Shown: positions 52,307 through 64,000 of the stretch, piece by piece
Position numbering within the stretch: position 1 is the first letter of the stretch
Layout: each line of letters begins with the position of its first letter
Assembly (NCBI GenBank): GCA_003971905.1
Contig: RSEE01000021.1
Location: 558,001-622,000 of the forward strand
DNA: 64,000 nucleotides
Reading direction: 5' to 3'
From: Moniliella sp. 'wahieum'
Lineage: Eukaryota
The notes under the pieces: model-generated
Database searches by the model: none
The model's input: only the letters and a program-made list of their open reading frames with translations
Told to the model about the DNA's origin: nothing
Program-made: the position numbers and the translations under genes

Positions 52307-55021
52307 TTACTCATCCTCCGACTCAGCCTGCTGCTCCACCTCATGCACAAGATCAAGGAGGTGGGCCATCTCCGGATACGACGCTGCCAGGGCTACGAAC
52401 GGATGGGCAGATACTTGGTCTGCCGTCGGACGCTGGTCGGGGTCGAGGTGGGTACAGGCAGCGAGCAGCGTGCGCAACTCGTCCGACACGTGGGTAGTAG
52501 GCTGCAAGTCGGGTAAGCCGAGCTGAGCAATCTTGCCCACCGCCTCGCGCGGCGGTAGGTCAATGTACGGCGGCGTTCCCTCGCTCAGTTCCCACAGCAC
52601 AGCGCCCAGCGACCAAATGTCCGCTTTGAACCGGTACGGTTTGGCGGCGATCACCTCGGGCGCCATCCAAAATGGGGTGCCGACCACGCTGGTCCGCCAT
52701 TCTCGGGACGACAGGTGGGCAGCATGGGTAAAGTCGGTCAGCTTGGTGATGCCCGTAGCGGCAAGCAGGAGATTGTCCGAACGAAAGTCGCAGTGCACAA
52801 TGCCCTGCGCATGGAGGAAGGATAAGGCAACCGATGCATCCGCCACAATCCGTGCCACCTCAGCATCCAGCAACGGACGCTCAATCGACGCCAGCACATC
52901 GGCCACACTGCGGTCCATCAGCTCTTGCACCAACCAGATCGCCCCCTCTGGGTCGGGCGTCGACCGGGCAAGGTAAACACCGCGCAAGGCCACCACACGG
53001 TCGCTGCCAGCGCGTTGCCACAGGGCCAACTCGGCAGCCAGATGCGCCAGACGCGCATTCCCGGCCGAGGTGGTGTGGCGGACAACTTTGATGGCCACTT
53101 GACCTTTCGTTCCCATCCGTTCTTCCGCGCAGTACACGTCGCCGCACTCCCCTTCGCCAATGAGCTCAGGCTCGGTGAATAGTCCTCGGCTCGGTCAACG
53201 GAGATAAAGTGGGCTGAAGACGAGTGGTTAGCACATCCGCAGCAGTCTCCAAAGGGGCAAGGGAAATGGAGGGAGAACGTACCAAGGTGCTTCAAGTTGG
53301 ATGGCAGCGAGGCGGCATTCACCGTACCCTTCTTTTGGGGCAGAGCGGGTGAGAGCCGAGCAGAGTTGGGTGAGTGGGCCCATGGGGAGGAGGAGGAACG
53401 GGACCCACCATCCAAGAGGCACGACTCGATTGATTGACGTTCCCGAGCAGGCGAAATGGTATGCGAATCCACTTGTTTACCCAGTACCTCCTTTTCGTCA
53501 GTGCCAGCCCCCTCGTCCCACGAAGGCGCATGCGTAGTAGGGGAGGGAAGAGGAGCAAGAGTAGCACTCCCCCCCAAATTGGGAAGAGGTAGCTTTTCCA
53601 CGGGCGACTGTGGTCGGCCCGGCGTGTGAGGGGTAACGGGGTAGAAGGCATGGGGGGCACGTCCCCCAGCTCCTCGTTCCGTTTGCGCAACCCCGAGCCC
53701 ACTGACCAACGAGCCGAGCTAGTCCGGAGCGGCGCCGCGAGCTTACCCTCCGTGCCGTCGGCGTATGGCGTAAAGGCGCGCAGCGTCGTCCCGCTCTTCC
53801 CTGTGGGCGGGGGGGAGAGGTCCGGGTCCTCTGGCTCGTCCGGCAAGGCAAGACTGAGATGCTCATCAGACGTGTTGGTTGGGAAGGCAGCGTCAGCGGC
53901 GGCATGGGCCAGGCATTGGGCAAGACAGGGGCTCTGGTAACGGTTACCACAGTAGCCTCGTGGTCGCCCGACAAGGAGCGGGAAGCACTCGACGTATATC
54001 CGTCGGTATCGTTTTCGCTTTCTCCCCCTACTTCAGCGGCGTCGAGATCGTACGCATCCATCAATCCCGTGAGCGGGTCCTCCTCGTCACTCAAGGGAGA
54101 GCGGGGCGGCAAGCCAGGAGACACAACAGGGGTTTTGCTCTCGGGGCCAGTGAGTGGGGAAGCCATACTCTCAGCCAAACGAGAGAGACGAGTTGTGGGG
54201 GTCTCCTTGGGTCGTGAGAGTAAAGGTAGGGTAGTAGAAGTCGAAGACGAAGGGTCCAAACCACGATGAAGTAACGTCGGTGTCGTACTAGGCGATTCGA
54301 GGCCTGAAATGCCCAGGCCATGCGGGGGTCGGGCTTTGAGGCTTGCACTACCGGGACTGGCGGGTGGGGGAGGAGGTCTCGCTCCCTTCGAGCCTGCAGT
54401 TGTTCGCTGGGGGTGACGTGTGCTGCCTGAGGGGAAGTCCATCCGTTCAGACTGGAGCCGTCGACGGAACCCGGGCAGAGGAGGTGGCAGGCCTAGATTC
54501 GGTTGAGGGCTGGCTCGTGTGCCCACCCCATCGCGGGAGAAGATGCATAGAGGAGCTAATGGACGTGTTGGCAGTCGATGATCGCGATGGTTTTCTTGTT
54601 GCGGCGAGACGGCAGGGACAACAAGAGGAAGCAGACGAGTGGAGGCAGTGGAGGTACTGGTAGCGGTGGAAGGGCGGGAACGATGAGGGGCCTGCGTATG
54701 ATCAGGATTGAAGGTCGAAGGAGAAGGCGATTCGGCGGCAAAGGGGTCACCCCAAGGATCATCACCGGTAGACGGGGCCAGCGAACGCGGGGGGGCGATG
54801 TGACCGACGATGCTACCGAGCGAGTGAAGGAGGCCTTGCGTCCGAGCTTGCGCAGACTCTCGAAACTTGTCCGTGCGGTGCGTGAGGCTGAGGCGACCAC
54901 ACGCCGGGCTGAAGGGGGTGGCTCGCCGCACCAGGCAGGCGCCCGCAGAAGGGAGGTTGTCGGCCGACGCCGACGCCGAAGTAGCAGACCTTGCTCGGGG
55001 AGTAGAGAGACCGCTTCGCAT
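52307..55021 (-). CDS. STE20/PAK-like kinase with a long disordered N-terminus and no CRIB seen
   Basis: GEGECG, VAIK, HCDFRSDNLLL, KLTDFT, RTSVVGTPFWMAPEVI, DIWSLG, EGTPPY. The start is uncertain and may extend into 55235-55926. Confidence 0.85.
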
Positions 55022-55317
55022 GCTGGGGGAGGAGGAGAAAGACGGGCAGACTGAGAGGGAATGGAAGAAGGACTGAGAGGTGGGCATTCAAACGAATGTC
55101 AGTCGCACTGCGGGCGGCGCGAGCAAGACGAGAGAGGGGATGAGGTTGCGGTGAAGGAGGGGCGAGACGTTCGGCGGTGCTAGCGGTTGAGGAAGATGGG
55201 GCCCGTGGCCGTGGGGATGGGGCACTGGGGCTCACCGCGCGGTTATCAGAACGATTAATGTCGATCGAGGCGCGGCGACCAACGGCAGCAAGCCCCTCAA
55301 TTGCACGCTCGGCGACC

Positions 55318-55926
55318 TCACCAACGGACTGAACCAAGTCGCGCAGGTGCCCTGGCTGTCCTGGCGCCGCATGCGCGGACGGGAGCGGGAACGAGCACTG
55401 GGCGGTGTGGGCAGGCTGGGGGCTGCGACGGGGCGTTGGCGCAGCGGGCAGTGGCGGGGCCGAGAGAGACGCGGAGGAGGACATGGGCATGGGCGACAGC
55501 GCGATGGAGGGCGAGGGCGGCGGCGGAGGGGGAGGGGGAGAGGGGCGGGGAGGCGGGGTGGAGGTGGCGGAACTGGGCCTGGTGCTGCTCGAACTGGAGC
55601 TGGAGCTGGGCCTGCTGCTGGGCAAACTGCTGGAGAGCAAGCTGCTGCTGGCGCTCAAATGCTTCCTGGGCCTGGCGCTGCTGCTGGAGGAAGAGCTGCT
55701 GGGCGCGCTGGGCTTCGAGCTGGGCACGCTGCATGTCGCCGAGGCCGCTGTAGTCGGGGCGGGCGCCGTCGGGGAGGGGCGGGGCGCCGGCCCAGACCTC
55801 TTCGCGCCGTCCAGACGGCCCAGCACGGCGGGGGCGGGGGCGGGCGTGCTGGCCTTGCGCGGAACCAGGACGGCATGGGGAGGAGATGGCGGGTGGGAGG
55901 GGATGGAGGGGGGCAGACACATGCAA
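55318..55926 (-). CDS. Gln-rich helical ORF; separate gene or upstream exon of the kinase
   Basis: Encodes QRAQLEAQRAQQLFLQQQRQAQEAFERQQQ.. in CAG-rich coding-like sequence. Confidence 0.35.
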   Translation of the reverse strand: MHVSAPLHPLPPAISSPCRPGSAQGQHARPRPRRAGPSGRREEVWAGAPPLPDGARPDYSGLGDMQRAQLEAQRAQQLFLQQQRQAQEAFERQQQLALQQFAQQQAQLQLQFEQHQAQFRHLHPASPPLSPSPSAAALALHRAVAHAHVLLRVSLGPATARCANAPSQPPACPHRPVLVPAPVRACGARTARAPARLGSVRW

Positions 55927-56962
55927 CGCAGCTAAGCTAAGCAGGCTGGCTAAGCTAAGCGCCGAGGCAAAGCGCTAACCCAAGCTCAGCCGCAGCAGGC
56001 GGCAGTGGTTGCGTTGCGTTGCCTGTAGCCGCCGCCTGGGCACGCGTGATGCTCCCAGTGCGTCACTGGCAGCCTGCCTGAGGCTGCAGCCAGGGCCTGC
56101 ACACCGTCGCTTGACTCTGTCCGTCCACGTCCAAAACTTCACTCGCGTATCGCACCAGCACCCAGCCCGCAGCCACCTCGCCTTGGCGTGGCTGTCGCCG
56201 CCTCTGCCCCCCCCACAGGCCCGTGCCCGCACCCGACCCAGTTGTCCGGTCGAGCATCCTCATCCGTCGCGTGGTTCTCACGGTCCACGGCCACCGTCCT
56301 GCGCAGTCGCCCCGTGGGCGGCAGGTGACTGCGTCGGACGCTGGCCGGCTGGCGGGAGGGTGGCACTGCGCCACTCTGCCCCCCACCCAGCGCGGTCGCG
56401 CGGCCTGGCAGCTCGCATTCCACCGCTGCCAGGAGGCGCGCTGCTCAACATCGGAGCCACGGCCCGCTCCGGCCCGCACCAGCCTGCACCAGCCCGCCCT
56501 GGCAGCATGCGTCTGCACCACATCGCCCACGCGCGGCACCCGTGTGCCCCGTGCCCCGGCGCGGATCCTGTGGCGCCACACCATCACCGACCATCACCCG
56601 CCCGTCCTGTCCCACACCGTCTTCGGCGTCTTCCGGAGCTGCCGCAGTCTGCCACCGGGCCGCCAGGCAGTGGGCAGCCAGCACCACCACAGCCAACCCG
56701 CCCTCGCCCTCGCGCGCCACATGCGTGCATCACCCACTCCTCAACGCACGACGCGTGACGCTAGCAACCGCCAGTGTCCCCGCCCCCCATCTCAGCCGCA
56801 GTCGCACATAGGCCCGCCTACCTGCCAGCGCCTCCTCCCACTCCCCTCCAGCAGCACATTTCTCTTCATTACACATGTCTTCATCATTAGCAGAACCACC
56901 AGCGCACCTGTCGCACGCTAGTAGCCACGTCCAAGCATACCACCCCCACCGCCTGCTGCCGC

Positions 56963-57971
56963 CTATTCCGCTGGAGGCGGGGGCAAGCGCGGCGCGGGCG
57001 CGCGCTGCGTACGAGGCGCCCGCCCCGCCGCAAAGTTAAACAATCCGGGGCCACCGCGTCGACAGCGGTACGGCGGTACGGATGGCGCTGCGATCAGTTT
57101 GCGCCAAGCCGGTGTTCTGCGGGGCGGGCCGCCCTGGCGCCGGAGTAACAGTAACCCAGGCGCTCGGCCGAGCGCGTTTGCCTTAGCCCCCCGCCTATGC
57201 GCGAGGGCTGCTGCTGAGCACCCAGACTCATGGGCGGCACGTGTGTGACACTGGGTACCTTGCCCAACACATCGCGTGCTCGCGCTCCGTCGGAGTGCTC
57301 CGCAGAGAAGGCGGTCGCAGCGACGGATGCTGGTCAATGGGAGTTTTGGAGGCACAAGCGACGCCGTGCTCTCCAGTCCACCCCGGCTGGCCGCGATAGA
57401 CGCTCCGCCCTTCCTCTACACCCTTGATCTGCCTCGCCCAAATCCGATGCAGGCGCAGGACCAGGGCCGGAAACATAGGTCGGATTGGCCGCTGCGGACG
57501 GAGCAACCTCCGTTTTGCTGCTTGCCGCCTTTTTCTCCGTTCCCGGAGGAGGGGGCGAAGTGGATGAAGTAGGGATGGATGTACGGCGCTTGAGCATCCG
57601 CATGCGGCAGAGCGGACCTGCGTTGTCGGAACCCTTTTGCTCCAGAGCAGGGGAAAGCATGGCGGATCAGGGGGAGGCGCAACGCGATTCGATTAGAGGC
57701 GCAAATTGGTCCGTGATGGGGCGGAGAAGTTGTCGGTGGGGACACTGCCAGAAGAAGAAGAGTCTTGGGCAGCGATACCGGTGGGCAACGCAGGTACCGG
57801 AGGTACCTGGGTGTGGAAAGCAGCGTGAAGTGAGGAGGCACTCTTGGCCTTGGTGAGAAAGCGGCCTAGGCGGGTGGTGCTGCCCCACGACGGACGCTTG
57901 CGGAGGCCACGCACGCCACTGCCTGCGTCATCTCCCGTGGGGTCTGGGTTAGGGAGCATGGTGGTCGACAT
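56963..57971 (-). CDS. Hypothetical Ser/Pro-rich protein
   Basis: ATG 57971 follows a CT-rich leader. Chain of frameshifted ORFs (LRKRPSW, LKRRTS). No family recognised. Confidence 0.35.
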
Positions 57972-58561
57972 GCTTCGCTATTCGTATGGAGAAGGCGGCG
58001 GAGCGGAGAGATAGTGGCGGCGGTAAGCTAGACCACTGCACTGGATAGTGGGGAAGAAAGAGCGGTGGCCGGCGGCAAGGAGCGAGGGAGAAGGGGGGAC
58101 GGAAGGCGCGGATGGATGATCAGATCGATCATCAAGCTTGCGCAATGCATAACGAGCATGATGGATGGGGCCTAGGGTTAGACGTGAGGGCTAGGCTGCT
58201 TGCAATTGCTGAGTCAAGCTAGTCCAGCTTGCAGCTTGCAGCTATTCCAGGCTGTCCGGCCAAGCTGCTTGTCGGACCACCTTTTTCGCTCGGGGCACAC
58301 GGCGCGAGGAAACGGCAGAAGGCGCGGGTAGGGTCTGGGCAGGTCGGGGCGCAAGACGTGGATCGGACCCCGAAGTCCACGTGGCAGTGGGTGGCGCTGG
58401 GTCGGGCGCCCGCTTTATTAACGTGTTTAGCCGCGCGCTCAGCAGCCCCGGCCCAGGCCAGTCTTGTGGCTGTCCAGACAGGACGCATGATGTATGATGC
58501 ATGAGTATGACGCCCGACGCGTGATGATGACTACGATCGCGTTGCTGCTGCTACGTACATA

Positions 58562-58825
58562 AACTTGAAGCTTCCAGCTTCAAGCTTCAAGCTTCAAGGT
58601 GGCTTGCCCTGTCCCCCTGTTTCCCACCACTGAGCGGACCTCAGACTCCAGACCATGGCCATATCAAACGAACGGCAACAACTGTCCCTACAGCGTCCAT
58701 GGGCATCATGATGCACGTTGCAAACTGTGCCCTTCAAGCTTCAAGCTTCAAGCTTCAAGTCGAGCTTCAAGTCAAGCTTCAAGCTTCAAGCTTCAAGCTT
58801 CAAGCTTCAAGCTTCAAGCTTCAAG
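58562..58825. repeat. (CTTCAAG)n arrays
   Basis: 12 exact CTTCAAG copies in 58732-58825 (blocks of 4, 1 and 7), plus a shorter array at about 58570-58598. Confidence 0.95.
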
Positions 58826-60143
58826 ACCCGGTGAGCATTCAATAATTAATAAGGCCTAAGGAGACGCACGAATCAGTATTAGTGTTGGCTCCAACTGCGT
58901 GGTACGTTGCGAGCGAATGTCCTTAGCCACAGCTGCAGGAGGCGGCTTGGTTCCGCCTCTGTTGCACTCCTGGCTGCCTTCCCTAATTGCATCACACCAC
59001 ATCCTCCCTCCCTCCCTTGTTGCTGGCCTTCCATGATGAGACCTGGAGAGTCTGGATGATTCTCGATGTGTGATGCAATCGCATGGTGGTGGTGGTGGTC
59101 TAAGCCAACCAGCCAGGGCTACAGAGGAACATCGAGCAGCGAGTCGCCAACAGGGGCTAAGCTGCGGAACAAAGACAAACATGAGAGAGAAGACAACGGA
59201 ACTCCTAGGCCTGATGAGGAACTCAAGGGACGTTGGCCAAAGCACGAGCGACCCGGTGGTTCAACATCCCACAATAGTCTGAAGAACGGGGCTAGCCGGG
59301 CAAGGCACCTTGACCAAGCGATCAATGGGTGAGAGAACGAGGAGTCGGTCACGCCAATGAGGGCTCTGAACGCGGCTGTCCGATAGGTAGTCTGGCATGT
59401 AATCGGAATGGATGCTGTGGGTGGAGGTATACGCAGTACTGTTGCCTAATATATGGTGGAAGAAAAGGTCCTCGCGAACACTTGCCATAATTAACCATGG
59501 AAGAGAACCTCTTCATTTTATACACAACGGTAGAATCTCTTCATTTTTTTCGCATGCCGCATGCCGCAGGGTGCCAAGTGAGGTCGATGAGTAGCCCAAC
59601 GAAACAGCAGACGCAAGACGCATGGTGACGTCCTTGCAATGGCCATGCATCATGAGTCTGGTATTGTGTTCCGAGCTGTAGACGCACCATCAATCCGATG
59701 TGTCATTTTGGCAGTGGTCCTAATTATTACCCCGCGTTCACATCCCCCTCGCACACTTCTCGTTCGAGGAGCGGCTGCGTCGCAGTGTGTTCCTTGGGAT
59801 GGCTGTGGCGATGGAGAGGATGCGGGCAAGGGCAATGCGGTGCGCCGGAACGACGAGTATGACAGAAGTGGGGCTGGGGAACGGTTGGTGGGGGGGCTCT
59901 CGTCAGCTCGACGTCCGAAGCGTCCCAGCTGGCCGCCAGCCTGCTCCACACCTGGCTTGTCCAGGGCGCGCGGCGCGACGGCTGAGCTCAGCCACTGCAG
60001 CCCGGAATCCCCGGCTGGCGAAAGGCCAACTGATACTGGGCGTTCAGTTCCACTGAACGTTCAACCACCGCTTTGCGTTAGCTAAGGCATGGGCAGCACT
60101 GCCCCCGTGCGGCGCTGAACCCGCAGCGCCAGGAGCCACGTAA

Positions 60144-61490
<1,347 letters not shown>

Positions 61491-62268
61491 GCTGTGTGCT
61501 CTTGCGTCACGCGTGTCTTATCTCAGTAACCTGTGCGAGATTTTCTTGCTTGCCTTGCCCGCTGCGGGGGTGCCCATGTGGCCAGCTGCTTGCCATGCAA
61601 AAATATGTTCGTCCCTCGTCGCTTTGTTGGCAGATTTGTAGATTTGTATAGATGGTGCTCCTCCCAGAAAGGTGTCGCGTGCGTGTGGTCAGAGGTATGG
61701 GCAGGCTACGTGCCATCGCTCCTGGATTGAATATTGATGCATGATGATGTGGAGGCAGCTGAAGCTGACGCACGAGGGGGCCGTTCTGCTGGCCTTTGTG
61801 TCGTTTGACCCGCAAGGCGGCAGACGGCGCTGCAGGCGCGAGACAAGGCAGGGGCTGGGCCAGTGCCGGCCAGTGCGCAGCCGGAGGCGTGAGGCTGCTG
61901 CGTGAGGCTGCTGCATGAGGCTGGGCGCTGGTGGCGACTGCGCTGTGGCGCAGGCGCTGGTGGCATGTGGCACGCGACGCTTCTTCGGCGCTGGCTCGGC
62001 GCCGCCCTTCCGAGCACGTCCTATTCCAACGCGTGTCGACGGCCTCTCCATCCGCAGCCTCAACGCAGCGGTGCCTGGCGGCAGGCAAGCCTCCCACGCC
62101 GCGCTGTGCTGGCCGGCCACTACCATCTCTCCTCGGCATGCTCGGCCGCAGGCAGCGCTCCTCGGGCCCGTCTCCGCCCCACCCATCCGCGACGCCGCCG
62201 AAGTCACTCCGTGGGAGTTTGAGCAGGGCGGTACGTTGGCCCCGCGCTTCCTTGCGGCGTGGCTGCGA

Positions 62269-64000
62269 ATGCTAACCCCACTCCAGGCATCTACCATCCT
62301 TCTTCCGCCCACGCCGCTGGGCCCTCGTCCGCATCGGGCCCGCGCGTGGGCCTGTCCCCTCCCCCCTCCGCCCCCGCCCAGACGGCCCGGCCGTTTCTCG
62401 GGCCTGCTCTCGAGGAAAGACAAGGGCACAGCGACGGTGGTGGCGCCGCTATCAACCCCCCGCTCTGTCCCCCCCTTCTCCCCAGGCAGCATAAGCTCCG
62501 ACCCGCACCCGGAAGAACACTCCACCCCTCCCTCGTCCCTGGCCTCGTTGACCCGCCATGTCGTGTCCCGCCTGCCCCCACCCAGAGCGTGCTCGACGTT
62601 AGCGACGAGCCCGAGTGTCCCATCTGCCTCGAGCCCTTGTCGCTCCGATTGAGTGGGGAACGCCCCCAGTGGTTCCGATGTGCTCCCATGCCATGCACCA
62701 CGAATGCTTCAGCGCCATGTACGGTGATCCCAAGGCCGTCCTCGCTGCCCAAGAGAGGGAGGAGAGGGTGGGCCAGTTGCGCCGCACTCCGCACGAGGAG
62801 CTGGTCTGCCAAGTTTGTCGCAAACAGCTTTTGCTTACCACTGACCGGCCGGGAGGCAAGACAGCGGCTGTAATGGGTTCAGGCTGGGGCATGACTCGGC
62901 CCTCTATCTCAGACAGCAACCCTCAGTCTGACGCAAACGGGGACGATAAGGCTGAACCGGGTCGGCCGTCGGACCGATGGTTCAACCTTACATCGAGGCA
63001 ATCAGCGATGTCTCCCCAGTGTACCGCAAGGAGACAAGTCCCGGGAGCATGCAGCGGCTCAACGTCTTGGTTACCGTGTCCATCCCAGGACGACGACCCC
63101 CACATGAGTACGGGACCGGGGGAAGGATACTCCTCCGCCGCAAGAGCCGTGTGGGGATTCCAAGTGGCCCTCGTCGGCCAGCGAACCGGCTCTCGTCCAT
63201 GGCTTCAGTTGGCGAAGCACCCGTCGATGGGAAACGGCTGTATGACCTCCCCGAGGAGGAGCCCGTATCGCCCTCGCAATCCGACGAGTCCCATCGCGCT
63301 GAGGTCACAGCCGACTTGAGCGAACGTATCCTTGACTGGAAAGGTCATCAGCTGGAGCATTTTGGTCGGCTGCAGTACTTTGATTCGCTGTGTGTTGTTC
63401 AGGGCAAGACGGTACGCCAATTTGGTGTCTATCTGCTGGAGGAGGCTCTGCTCTGTACACTTGAGGATAAGAGAAAACATGTGAGCCGGTACCTGAGTGT
63501 CCCTTACTCCAACTCCTCGGACGAAGGCACCGGAAGCAAGACGATCAGAAGTGCCCCCTCCGCACTCAAGCTCAAGGGAAGGATTTCTCCGCCATATCAA
63601 AGCGGTAGTGGCCTCCTCCTCGGCTGAGGCTGCGCTGAGCATCAAGATGCTCGATGAAAAACTCCCCGACTTTATCTTGGTCTTCCATTCGGAGGGACAG
63701 GCTGAAGTGTGGAAAGATCGAATCGAAGGGCTGATTCATAACCTCCTCATCCTGACGCCAAAATCCCCTTCCGCTTGATACGAATTTGAGTGGACGCATG
63801 GAGGAGGGGCCACCGATGCTGTCTTCCCGGTCGGATGTTTCCACGCCCTCAATGCATCAGAGCATCACACCCCAGGATGGGTTGCGTCACCTGATTGGAC
63901 CAAGACCCGACAGTCTCACCTCGCTCGGTCTCGACTGCACGACCTCCCCCATCCCGAGTCCGCAAGGCGCTCTCCCCCGATTCCCCCCCGCAAGGTGCGC
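62269..64000 (+). CDS. RING-H2 + PH protein, Far1/Ste5-like scaffold (truncated by the window end)
   Basis: RING-H2 CPICLEPL..CSHAMHHECF..CQVCR. PH-like FGRLQYFD..VYLLEEALLC..LKLKGRI..DFILVF..WK. This family usually has a downstream vWA domain, which is not visible here. Confidence 0.8.

Noticed and set aside
58732..58825. CRISPR array or telomeric repeat
   Set aside because: Contiguous 7-bp units with no unique spacers and no cas genes, in a eukaryotic context. The unit is not TTAGGG-like and the array is internal.
37140..59900. Lipopeptide pheromone precursor (short CaaX ORF) near the signalling genes
   Set aside because: I saw no convincing short ORF ending in CaaX by eye. A systematic scan of ORFs under 60 aa would be needed to exclude one.

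Overview
GC-rich eukaryotic genomic DNA from a fungus. It is most likely a basidiomycete, and Ustilaginomycotina-like by inference from compact genes, short GTRNGT/CTRAC/YAG introns and gene content. About 17 recognisable genes are present: TRP1, a divergent G-protein beta subunit, LTV1, DED1, URG1/URC1-like, PDH E2, a Pol X, NAT1, SIN3, an S10 carboxypeptidase, an atypical MAPK, HSE1, UTP17/NAN1, an HSL-type esterase, a CRIB-less PAK-like kinase, actin, and a truncated RING-PH Far1/Ste5-like scaffold. There are also several orphan ORFs. Almost every gene is broken by single-base indels, mostly in homopolymers. I read these as uncorrected long-read assembly errors, so gene ends are approximate. 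The most unusual signals are: (1) promoter-associated 7-bp-period arrays built from interchangeable A-NN-NN-T palindromes; (2) a MAPK whose TxY motif reads S-S-F; (3) several atypical pheromone-pathway-type components in one window; (4) a five-exon coiled-coil orphan gene that the ORF track does not show as a gene. I found no tRNA, rRNA, CRISPR array or transposon.
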